A stretch of DNA of 64,000 nucleotides from a phage. The position numbers and the translations under genes are program-made. Positions within the stretch are counted from its first letter, which is position 1. Each line of letters opens with the position of its first letter. The notes beneath the pieces were generated by a model. That model ran no database searches, was not told the DNA's origin, and saw only the letters and a list, made by a program, of their open reading frames with translations. Location: assembly GCA_020773975.1 (NCBI GenBank), contig GCA_020773975.1_3638.1; one strand, written 5' to 3'. Below, one piece after another: positions 18,067 through 26,530 of this stretch.

Positions 18067-21039
18067 TCAAAATGGAGAATCGCTATCTAAATCTTCAGGT
18101 TGCTCAATCACAACAGCAGGTTCTTGTTGAGGAACAGAAACAGCAATTTTCCCCACAGGTGTTTCAAGTTCCAGACTTTGAATCATTGATTTAGGTCTTA
18201 GCATTACCTCCCCGTTGAGTTTAAACATATTGTCTTCCCACACCCATCCTGACGCATCAGAAAACTGACCATTATCATCCATAATCAGGGTATCCGCTAT
18301 GCCTAATTTTTTGTGTGGACGGTTTTTCAAAACAACACTACGAATACGCCCACGAGATCGGTCAGGGAGTTCTTCAGGCTCGACACCTAAGACAACCCAC
18401 GATAACTGTTCGAGTGCTGCACTATTTCCTGTGACAAAAATATGTCCGTTGCGGCGTGCCACCCACATACCGGATGGTAATGTAAAGCAATACTTGCGAC
18501 CATCTGGGGAAGGTACACGTTTAATAGAAGATTTATTTTTCCCTCCTTTACGTATATGCATATACTTTGTGGCACAAACTCTTACTACATACAGAGGTTT
18601 GTGATCATATTTACCATCAAACGCACCATTGCCATTTTTTACAACAGACACAGACGTTCTATGCCCACAAGCACTGTAAGCAAATTGTAGGAAATCTGCC
18701 TCAAATTTGTTAATGGTTGATACCCTGTTTCTGTTTACAGAATCACCATCCCAATACATGACTTCATCACAGATAATCTCCAACTCGTGCTGTTTAAGAT
18801 TAAACCATTCCTTTGTCACCCCTTTATACCCACAAGGGGCTTTAAATTGGTACTCTGTTCTGCCTTCATGCTTCCCGTGCAAATCAAAACTCTTGTAAGG
18901 AGTGTTCGTCTTCTTCAGTAGCATCTCAAGGCGTTGTTTCTTACGTTCTTTTTTGATGCGTACAGCTACCCTTCCCGTTGATTCAGTAAGAACCGTCCCA
19001 TCAGCATTTACAGCTATCTGTAAACGTAGTTGATCATCAGTTAACCCTAATGAACCATCACATCCAGTGGTGAATGTAGTAGGTATTTTACCACGCATAC
19101 CTGATCGTTTATTGGTATGGTCATGAACAACCTCCTGCATAGTTTTCATACGAAAAATATCAGGCGTTCGATCGTTTACATACACAACACGATGTTCATC
19201 GCTCAACATCATGTCTACAACATGGCTATTAGAAAGATGCCACATTTCATTACAAGGTAGATTAATGTACGCCTCGGGATTTACGAAGGTCATTACACCA
19301 TTTTTATCGTGTTGTGCAACCAAATCTCCTTCTACGTATTCATCAATACGTTTCCAGCCTTGCGGGGTTAAGAACTCTGTGCTTGCATCAACACAACCAC
19401 GGAGATCCTCTTTCCGCACAGGATACCAAAACGGTAACAAATTACCTTCTTTATCTTTCGGAATTTGTATATCAACACGCTTCATATGACTGATACTGAG
19501 GATAAACACGTCATATTTTTTGCAGAAGGCAGCCAATTCCGTCATGATGTTATCTAAATCTCTTCGCTCGTTATCGGATTTTAATCCTGATATCACCATC
19601 GATAAGTGATCTAAGATAATCCATCTACACCCATCAAGGAAAACCATCTGTTTCAATTTTTGTAGTAATTGGTCAGTTGGTATTGAACCAAAGTGATCGA
19701 AAATTTTAACCTTATCTTCGGCAATCCATCGTTGGTGTATAGCTAAGTGCTGCTCATCGGTAAGGAATTGTTCTGGGTCTGCAACAAATGCTTTCGGGTC
19801 AATCTTTAGCTCCTCAGCATATAAACTGTTTACAGACTCCTCCTCATCCTCCTCTAGACGAATAATTGCAATTTTCTCGTTCTCTTTCCAACCGTCTAAT
19901 CGGGGAATATCCATGTTACGGAGGTACTCGATAATTGCATACTCAATCTTTCTTGAGAAAGTTGATTTCCCAGCTCCAGATGGGCCTGTCAGTGTCCACA
20001 ATTCTCCTGTTCGTGGGCCTCTTGTTAGTTCATACAAACGAGGAAAGCACGGCAACGGAACGCCATCTTTTTTCTTTTTACGGAGATTTTCAATAGATAT
20101 TCTCTCCAACCCAATCAATTTGTCTGGAACATATTTATCCTGCGCTTTAGCAAACATATTCCAGATATCCATCCATTTACCTTTTTTGTAAATATCCCGG
20201 ATATCTTTAACACCATTTGGGTCATTGCGCTCATTTGGGTATCGTGCAACATAGATGTTGTCAGACAGTAAAAAACCTGCGACATCATCTGTGGCTTCCT
20301 TACCTTTCTTAATTCTGTGTTCTTTTTCCCTTGCTGTGGCTTCATCATTGTCTAAGCCAAGGACAATCTTTTCATATTCCCTGATAAACTTTTCGTTGTG
20401 GGCGAATGTATCCACAGCATTGGCTGTACCACAGTTCAACCCGATAAAAGGTAATGTCGGGCAATTAGAAACCTCTTCCCCATCCTGAATTGCTTTGATG
20501 CCTTTTAAAGCATTGTTTGCCCACTCACGTACTGAACGTGACGTGTTAGGATTGCTATGAAGGAATTTAATATACTCAAACCCAGCTTGCCAGCCAGCCG
20601 TTACATCACCTTCCCCCTCAACAATAAAGATCTGTTTTTTACCAGATCCCATAGAGGCCTCATGTTGACCAAAAAATTGAGAGGAAGCCTTTACTGTGCC
20701 AACAACAGAGAAATGCCCCTTTTTCTCTTTCGGAACAGTCCAGTCTCGTTTTTTGTACCCTGTCAATTTCCCATATTTGTCATAATATGGAAGATATGTT
20801 GCCACCACTGTAGTACCGTCTTTCAAATCTGTTGCAGATCTGATCTTGAAGTACTTAGCTGCATCTAAACTAATATCCATTTGGGGGACAGCCAAGATCC
20901 TTGTACTATCTAGGACAGACTCTACAGTTTCTTCTTCTTTTTTCTGATAATTCACTTTACCACCACTTTTTGTAGGTCGGAATGCTTTTGGGTTCTCACC
21001 TTCAAAGTATGCACCAGCCCCCCATTTTGTCATCTTCAT
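18067..21039 (-). CDS. T7 gp4-like primase-helicase (TOPRIM + DnaB-family helicase) containing an intein
   Basis: TOPRIM IVEGEGD...LGLDNDEA; Walker A GPSGAGKST; Walker B-like WIILDH; acidic C-terminus ending in F (DLDSDSPF) as in T7 gp4; no N-terminal Cys4 zinc ribbon seen. Confidence 0.85.
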   Translation of the reverse strand: MKMTKWGAGAYFEGENPKAFRPTKSGGKVNYQKKEEETVESVLDSTRILAVPQMDISLDAAKYFKIRSATDLKDGTTVVATYLPYYDKYGKLTGYKKRDWTVPKEKKGHFSVVGTVKASSQFFGQHEASMGSGKKQIFIVEGEGDVTAGWQAGFEYIKFLHSNPNTSRSVREWANNALKGIKAIQDGEEVSNCPTLPFIGLNCGTANAVDTFAHNEKFIREYEKIVLGLDNDEATAREKEHRIKKGKEATDDVAGFLLSDNIYVARYPNERNDPNGVKDIRDIYKKGKWMDIWNMFAKAQDKYVPDKLIGLERISIENLRKKKKDGVPLPCFPRLYELTRGPRTGELWTLTGPSGAGKSTFSRKIEYAIIEYLRNMDIPRLDGWKENEKIAIIRLEEDEEESVNSLYAEELKIDPKAFVADPEQFLTDEQHLAIHQRWIAEDKVKIFDHFGSIPTDQLLQKLKQMVFLDGCRWIILDHLSMVISGLKSDNERRDLDNIMTELAAFCKKYDVFILSISHMKRVDIQIPKDKEGNLLPFWYPVRKEDLRGCVDASTEFLTPQGWKRIDEYVEGDLVAQHDKNGVMTFVNPEAYINLPCNEMWHLSNSHVVDMMLSDEHRVVYVNDRTPDIFRMKTMQEVVHDHTNKRSGMRGKIPTTFTTGCDGSLGLTDDQLRLQIAVNADGTVLTESTGRVAVRIKKERKKQRLEMLLKKTNTPYKSFDLHGKHEGRTEYQFKAPCGYKGVTKEWFNLKQHELEIICDEVMYWDGDSVNRNRVSTINKFEADFLQFAYSACGHRTSVSVVKNGNGAFDGKYDHKPLYVVRVCATKYMHIRKGGKNKSSIKRVPSPDGRKYCFTLPSGMWVARRNGHIFVTGNSAALEQLSWVVLGVEPEELPDRSRGRIRSVVLKNRPHKKLGIADTLIMDDNGQFSDASGWVWEDNMFKLNGEVMLRPKSMIQSLELETPVGKIAVSVPQQEPAVVIEQPEDLDSDSPF
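18424..19395 (-). mobile_element. intein (324 aa, Hint + LAGLIDADG-like endonuclease) in the helicase domain
   Basis: Starts CVDASTEF..., ends ...HIFVTGN with +1 Ser; removal joins DLRG|SAALEQLS; LAGLIDADG-like LQIAVNADG. Confidence 0.75.
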
Positions 21040-21190
21040 CTCTTCTCCTTAGAAGGGTTTGCTAACTACAGCCATATACCAGCCATTACACACAGATATA
21101 CCACCTGAAATACAGTAACCTTTTCTAAACCAAGTGTTTAGCTTTAATTCTAATTCTGAAATACTAGTTCCTGTGAGAATCTTGACATTT

Positions 21191-21913
21191 TTATCCACCA
21201 GCCCTCCTAAAATCATTATATAGGAATACAGCTTTGGCAAATCCTCTTGGGGTTAACGATCTTATAACCTTTGTCTTTTTTGATTTACCACCCAATTTTA
21301 GGTGCTGCTCAGAATACCCGCTTACCACGGGAACAGGTAATTTCTCAGGCATCCTAAAACCATTGCCTGTCCACAAACAAGTCCTCTTAGGGTAGGCATC
21401 TCTGGGTTTTATGTATTCTGGAAAAAACGGATGAACATCATTCTCTGATAGATACCCGCCGTACTCATAAGGATGAAATGAATGATCTGGTTTACGCCAC
21501 AGAGAAGATAGAACACTAACAGGATTTTCTATCATGTAAGGGCAGTCGTATTCATCTGCCAACCTTGCTGCCACCTTTGCTGTATTTACAGCCTTTATCT
21601 GGAATAAAGGGTCTTTTGCAGCTTTTCTTGCGAAATGCGCTGCACCACTAACAGCCATGTCAGTACATGGTGGAGATGCGAATATAATACTTGGCTTACA
21701 GATCCCTATCTCTGTTGGGTTAAACTGGTCATCTATCCAAACATTAATGTATTCTATATTTTTATGTTTTACTCGGATACTTTCATAACCGCCGTGATCA
21801 GCGCCATCATAGTTAAGGCATATTACTTTGTACCCATTCTTTGCCCACTCATAACCCATGATGCCTGATCCGTCAAACATGTACAAAACCGTATCACTCA
21901 ATACACCTCCCAT
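21191..21913 (-). CDS. compact DNA (cytosine-5)-methyltransferase-like protein
   Basis: Motif I FDGSGIMG, motif IV ASPPCTD (PC dipeptide), motif VI IENP; only 240 aa, no obvious target-recognition domain. Confidence 0.45.
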   Translation of the reverse strand: MGGVLSDTVLYMFDGSGIMGYEWAKNGYKVICLNYDGADHGGYESIRVKHKNIEYINVWIDDQFNPTEIGICKPSIIFASPPCTDMAVSGAAHFARKAAKDPLFQIKAVNTAKVAARLADEYDCPYMIENPVSVLSSLWRKPDHSFHPYEYGGYLSENDVHPFFPEYIKPRDAYPKRTCLWTGNGFRMPEKLPVPVVSGYSEQHLKLGGKSKKTKVIRSLTPRGFAKAVFLYNDFRRAGG

Positions 21914-21923
21914 ACCAGAAAAC

Positions 21924-21946
21924 AGGCCCGTAATGTGGGCCTTTTG
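21924..21946 (-). terminator. rho-independent terminator
   Basis: AGGCCC-gtaatgt-GGGCCT hairpin with T-run on minus strand. Confidence 0.45.
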
Positions 21947-21959
21947 AGTACACTAGAAA

Positions 21960-22181
21960 TCAATGCAATGCTGTATGGACAGGAGTTCCATCTGCACCGT
22001 ATGGAATGTCTTGCACTTGGGAATGCTTTCTCACTAAAGTATACACCAGCCAACCTTCAGCTTCATGCTGTCCTGCAATGTCATAGCCATCATCAAGAAG
22101 TTCAGCCAGTTTGCTCTCTACTTCTTCTCTTTTTGTTTTGCTAATTTTGAACTCAATGAGTTTAACAGTGTTTTTAACCAT
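21960..22181 (-). CDS. hypothetical protein
   Basis: ORF. Confidence 0.35.
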   Translation of the reverse strand: MVKNTVKLIEFKISKTKREEVESKLAELLDDGYDIAGQHEAEGWLVYTLVRKHSQVQDIPYGADGTPVHTALH

Positions 22182-22185
22182 AATT

Positions 22186-22470
22186 CTAGAAACCTTCTTC
22201 TCTATTGTAACACCCGTTTATCTCTAGATCTCTTAGGTATTCTCTTAAATGATGGTATAGCACATCATCTGGAATGTCAAGATAGATTTGCTTACCGTTT
22301 TTGAATACAGCGCAATATTCCAGTTCCTGAAAACCGTTGTAATCCCAGTCGCTTTCTTTACTGAAGAAGTCAGGTTTTTGAACAGAAAATAGAGCTTCGA
22401 CAACCACCAATCCGCAATCCTCATGGTCGTATTCGAACTCAATGTCTACCATAGGGGATTTGCTATTCAT
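22186..22470 (-). CDS. hypothetical protein
   Basis: ORF. Confidence 0.4.
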   Translation of the reverse strand: MNSKSPMVDIEFEYDHEDCGLVVVEALFSVQKPDFFSKESDWDYNGFQELEYCAVFKNGKQIYLDIPDDVLYHHLREYLRDLEINGCYNREEGF

Positions 22471-22937
22471 ACTCCCCCCAACTCTTGTTTTAACTCAATA
22501 TTTTCTTTTAACAGGGCATCCACAAAAGCTAATATGTGAACAAGAGAACTATGACAACCATTAGCATATAGTTCGGCTTCTACACGCTTTTTCAATTCTG
22601 CGCCATAGCCGCCTAAGTTGTCGAGATGCTCTTTAATTTTATCATAAGCATCTCGTTTTCCTCTTAGCTCATTAATAATGTACAGAACATTATCTGGGCT
22701 TGCGGTGGCAATGTAACTGGCATCGTAGTCATTTTGCCAGTGAGATAAATTCCCGGTTCCCTCATGTCTCTTTGCCGGACCCATTTTAGGATCTGTGATG
22801 AAAACAGTTTCTATTTTATTATCATTTTGGAATGATACCATTGCATGTCCATGGCTATCTATCCACCAGTGCCCTCTGGTGGCTTTCTTTGCCAGTTTCT
22901 CAATATCTCCGATTAAGATATCAGCTTTTGTCTGCAT
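22467..22937 (-). CDS. hypothetical protein (Ead/Ea22-like flavour)
   Basis: 156-aa ORF; weak resemblance to lambdoid Ea22-type proteins. Confidence 0.4.
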   Translation of the reverse strand: MQTKADILIGDIEKLAKKATRGHWWIDSHGHAMVSFQNDNKIETVFITDPKMGPAKRHEGTGNLSHWQNDYDASYIATASPDNVLYIINELRGKRDAYDKIKEHLDNLGGYGAELKKRVEAELYANGCHSSLVHILAFVDALLKENIELKQELGGV

Positions 22938-23247
22938 TGATATCCTCCTTCTTCAAGACTAAACTTGCTCTTGAGATCTCAGAAGAAACATACTCTATGT
23001 GACTAATCACATATGTCGTTACTTCGCTTCCATCGCCAAAAATATTATCAAGATCTACGATAACAAGATCACCATTCTCCGGTTTTTCTACATCCTCGGA
23101 TAAGATGATAACAGCTTCTGCAACCTCACCAGATTGGTTGAGACGCAGTGTAATATCGTGACCATTACCCCTATACTTAGTAAAATCAAAAACTTTTTCT
23201 GCTTTTTGGTGTGGTGGGAAAAACCACTTAAAGAGCTTCTTCAACAT
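22921..23247 (-). CDS. hypothetical protein
   Basis: ORF. Confidence 0.4.
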   Translation of the reverse strand: MLKKLFKWFFPPHQKAEKVFDFTKYRGNGHDITLRLNQSGEVAEAVIILSEDVEKPENGDLVIVDLDNIFGDGSEVTTYVISHIEYVSSEISRASLVLKKEDINADKS

Positions 23248-23410
23248 TCATTCGCTCCTTAATTTCATTTAGGATGTCTTCGTATCGCTGCCACGACTCT
23301 TCGGCAGACAACTTTGCTTCAAGAAAGTTGTCTCGTGCAACATCTCGTAATTTCAACAATTTCTCAGTTGAAACTTGACTCAAATCTGTAAAGTCTTCGA
23401 CTTTAAACAT
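23228..23410 (-). CDS. small acidic hypothetical protein
   Basis: Start trimmed to internal Met (MFKVEDF...) to remove overlap. Confidence 0.3.
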   Translation of the reverse strand: MFKVEDFTDLSQVSTEKLLKLRDVARDNFLEAKLSAEESWQRYEDILNEIKERMNVEEAL

Positions 23411-23774
23411 CTTTATTTTCCTTAAAGTAGTTAAACAGATCAGTGATCTTCTCTTCCACACCTTTATAGAAGAGATACTTTGTGTCTGCCATACGAGAAT
23501 TATATGCGTCTTGGCCTTTTTCTTGTAACCAAAAGAACGCCTGTGCAAACTCACCCTCTCTAAGGGTAGGGTCATATTCAAACCCTATTCGTTTACATGC
23601 TTGCAAACACTGAAAGATAAGAACATCCAATGAGTTTATTACATGTGCAGCTATCTCAACATCCCTTGCCATACGATGCTCTCCTTTTGCAGAGAGTTCT
23701 TTAGAAATCTCTATGAGTCTGCTGTAATTCTCTTCTGCCGCTGTCTTTGCTCTTTTGCTTGTAGATGTGCTCAT
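23403..23774 (-). CDS. hypothetical protein
   Basis: ORF. Confidence 0.4.
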   Translation of the reverse strand: MSTSTSKRAKTAAEENYSRLIEISKELSAKGEHRMARDVEIAAHVINSLDVLIFQCLQACKRIGFEYDPTLREGEFAQAFFWLQEKGQDAYNSRMADTKYLFYKGVEEKITDLFNYFKENKDV

Positions 23775-23776
23775 AA

Positions 23777-24202
23777 TCAGTCCTCGAACTTAATCCAACG
23801 CTTCTGGGATTTGATCTGCCCTCGTTCACCTTTACCTTTCAAACGCTGGACAGCCACCTGTTGTACAATTTTACTCCGTAAAGCAAAGCTGATAGCGTCA
23901 GGAGCTAAAACACGAGCTTTACAAACACAATTATTATGAAGTGACACAGCATCTTCAAAAGACAGGTTTAAAGGGTGTTTTTCAGAACCCCAAACACGAT
24001 AATATCCAAAACGACCATCCTTAACATCTGGGTAGTTAGGTAGTAAACGAGGTGCATATCCTAATGCAGCCATCATTTCATCAACCGATGCCATCTGGAT
24101 ATGTGTGGTGTCTTTACCATGATGAGATTCTTTATTATCCCACCAACCCTTTAATTCAGCTTTAAATTTCTTCAAAAGTTCACTTTTTGAATATGAGGTC
24201 AT
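23777..24202 (-). CDS. hypothetical protein
   Basis: ORF. Confidence 0.4.
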   Translation of the reverse strand: MTSYSKSELLKKFKAELKGWWDNKESHHGKDTTHIQMASVDEMMAALGYAPRLLPNYPDVKDGRFGYYRVWGSEKHPLNLSFEDAVSLHNNCVCKARVLAPDAISFALRSKIVQQVAVQRLKGKGERGQIKSQKRWIKFED

Positions 24203-24212
24203 CAGCTATCTC

Positions 24213-25517
24213 CTACTTACCAGGGAAAGTCTCTTCATAAAACTTAACAAGACGTTGATCAACGATAATATCTTTATCCCTGATCCTACGTAATAACCTT
24301 AATCCTTTTGCACTTGTTGCTCTGCTAAAAGCCACGTATGCCATGCCTGGTGCAAAAGTCCCATTGCCAAAGTCAACATTAACTTCCGGTAATGTTAATC
24401 CTTGTGCTTTGTGTATTGTAACAGCCCACCCAAGACGAATCGGCAAAGCCCTGTACTCACCAATGATAATCTTCTCAATTTCTTCAGTTATTGTACCATC
24501 TGGGTTTTTCACCTTTATGGGGTTATACTCAACATTTTCCCACACATAAGGTTCTACGTCAACAATATCACCATTCTCAAGGCGGACTTTAACACTGTAT
24601 TTACGTAGTTCAACAATCTCCCCACGGGAACCATTCACATAACTTGGTTCATCCAGACCTCTGGGGTCATTGACAGTAATCATCACCTGCGCCCCCTCTT
24701 TCAGATATAACTCTTCAGGTACAGGTGTCTGGTTAAATTGCCCTGTCTTTTTTGCCTTGTAAACTGTTGGGATTCCAGGTATTGCATCAAAACGTTTTTT
24801 GTTTATTTTGTCTGCTGCCGCGTTTGTTGAGGTTATTGTTATAGCATCCAAGGGTTTTCCCATGTTGTAGCAATAAGTATTCATAAACTCAACAATCTCT
24901 GGAATACGCTCTCCCTTGCGAAGGCAATTAAGAAGTGTTGAAAAATGAACACTACTTTGCCTGTATATTTTATCAAGAAATACAGGATATGGGTTCAATT
25001 CTTTCCATGTTTTAGAAAAGCAACAAAGTTCTGTGTCGTGGAACTGGTAGTAGATCTCTTTTTCTTCACCTTTCAAAACAGGTGGATTCTGTAAGAAATC
25101 CCCGAACATGCACACCTGCAAACCACCGAAAGGCTCTTTAGGTTTTTTACGTGCCAGACGACATTTCATGTCCATTTCCCAAAGTTTGTCTGCCCTGAAC
25201 ATACTTATCTCTTCAATAATAAGAATCTTCAGTGCTTTACTTTTAAGCAACTTCTTAGCCTTTGCCTTTATCTCTTCTGCATCTTTTTTAGTGGACACGC
25301 CTAATGAAAGTCCGAAAGCTCTGTGTGCCGTCATACCATCCACATTAATGGCAGCAGCCCCTGTAGGGGCCACTGTCAAGACTGAACCTGCGTATAAGGA
25401 TTGGATAGTTTTTATGGTATGGCTCTTTCCAGCACCTGCATAACCACTGATAAACACATTTTCACCGGACATTATAGCGCCAAGAGCTTCTTCAACGCCA
25501 ACCCCGTATTGAGACAT
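24213..25517 (-). CDS. SF1 DNA helicase (Dda/RecD/Pif1-like)
   Basis: Walker A GYAGAGKS; Walker B ILIIEE; C-terminal TIHKAQG and VAFSR motifs. Confidence 0.8.
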   Translation of the reverse strand: MSQYGVGVEEALGAIMSGENVFISGYAGAGKSHTIKTIQSLYAGSVLTVAPTGAAAINVDGMTAHRAFGLSLGVSTKKDAEEIKAKAKKLLKSKALKILIIEEISMFRADKLWEMDMKCRLARKKPKEPFGGLQVCMFGDFLQNPPVLKGEEKEIYYQFHDTELCCFSKTWKELNPYPVFLDKIYRQSSVHFSTLLNCLRKGERIPEIVEFMNTYCYNMGKPLDAITITSTNAAADKINKKRFDAIPGIPTVYKAKKTGQFNQTPVPEELYLKEGAQVMITVNDPRGLDEPSYVNGSRGEIVELRKYSVKVRLENGDIVDVEPYVWENVEYNPIKVKNPDGTITEEIEKIIIGEYRALPIRLGWAVTIHKAQGLTLPEVNVDFGNGTFAPGMAYVAFSRATSAKGLRLLRRIRDKDIIVDQRLVKFYEETFPGK

Positions 25518-26530
25518 CAGTCCTCCTTAGATTCTTGTAGATAAATCTCTTCAAGAATTTTACCCTGTACACCAATGACAATAATATCTGGTGCACCTGC
25601 TGGTTTTGGTGTTCCTGTCAGAACTTCATAACGACAGCAACGGCATTTTTTCTGGTTATAGTCATAAGGGACACTGACAATATCTGCCGGATCCACAGAT
25701 ACTTCTACAAGTGCCCTTGAAGTCTTCTCAAAGGTAGCGGCATAGTCAATAGATGCAACATGCAAACCTTGGCTACATGTTCTATTGGGATTATCCTCAA
25801 CCATATTACGTGGCATGGAAATCACTTGCCCTTTATAATTAGGAACTTTACCTGTATGACAATCTCGTGGGCCATCTACAGTTATCTTAATTTTCTTGTA
25901 TGCCTTAATATTTCCGTTTTCAAGGATCTCAAGATCATTATGTTTTACAAAATCATAAAGCATTTTAACAGAAGCATACGACGGGTTGTGTAGCAACTTC
26001 TGCATGAATTTGACATATCGTTCGTCAAAGCAATCATTCTCAATATCTTTAATGATTCGTTTAGCAATACTGCTTTCCTGTTTTTGACCGTGCCAATATA
26101 AAACGTTATCTATCAATACTAAATTATCACCAAAATCAATGGTCTTTTTCTTTTCTGCTTCTTTCTCTTCCAAAATACGTTGTACAGCAGCATCTATTCC
26201 TCCTGTCCAAAGGATAACACCAACTTCTTTGAAGATGGGGCTGCTACTATTTAGAGTATATTGTTCACCATTTAACAAAGTGATATGGATATTGTCTTGG
26301 GTAACAAGGACAATTGGTTGTGCAAGAGTATGCACTGGCTTCATAATACCTACAGGATCTTCCTTAGCCTTTTTGGTTGTCGGCATTCCTTTTTTGGGTG
26401 CAACTGTCCAGCGTTTAAGAACATTTAGACCACGATCAACAACCACCATATTATTTTTCTTAGCGTATTCACGAGCTTCACGACGTGACATGAATAAAGG
26501 ATTACTCACCTTTTTCTCCTTTGCTGTCAA
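25517..26530 (-). CDS. rIIB: rIIB-like protein
   Basis: Size and position immediately downstream of rIIA; start may be the internal Met at 26491. Confidence 0.4.
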   Translation of the reverse strand: MTAKEKKVSNPLFMSRREAREYAKKNNMVVVDRGLNVLKRWTVAPKKGMPTTKKAKEDPVGIMKPVHTLAQPIVLVTQDNIHITLLNGEQYTLNSSSPIFKEVGVILWTGGIDAAVQRILEEKEAEKKKTIDFGDNLVLIDNVLYWHGQKQESSIAKRIIKDIENDCFDERYVKFMQKLLHNPSYASVKMLYDFVKHNDLEILENGNIKAYKKIKITVDGPRDCHTGKVPNYKGQVISMPRNMVEDNPNRTCSQGLHVASIDYAATFEKTSRALVEVSVDPADIVSVPYDYNQKKCRCCRYEVLTGTPKPAGAPDIIVIGVQGKILEEIYLQESKED

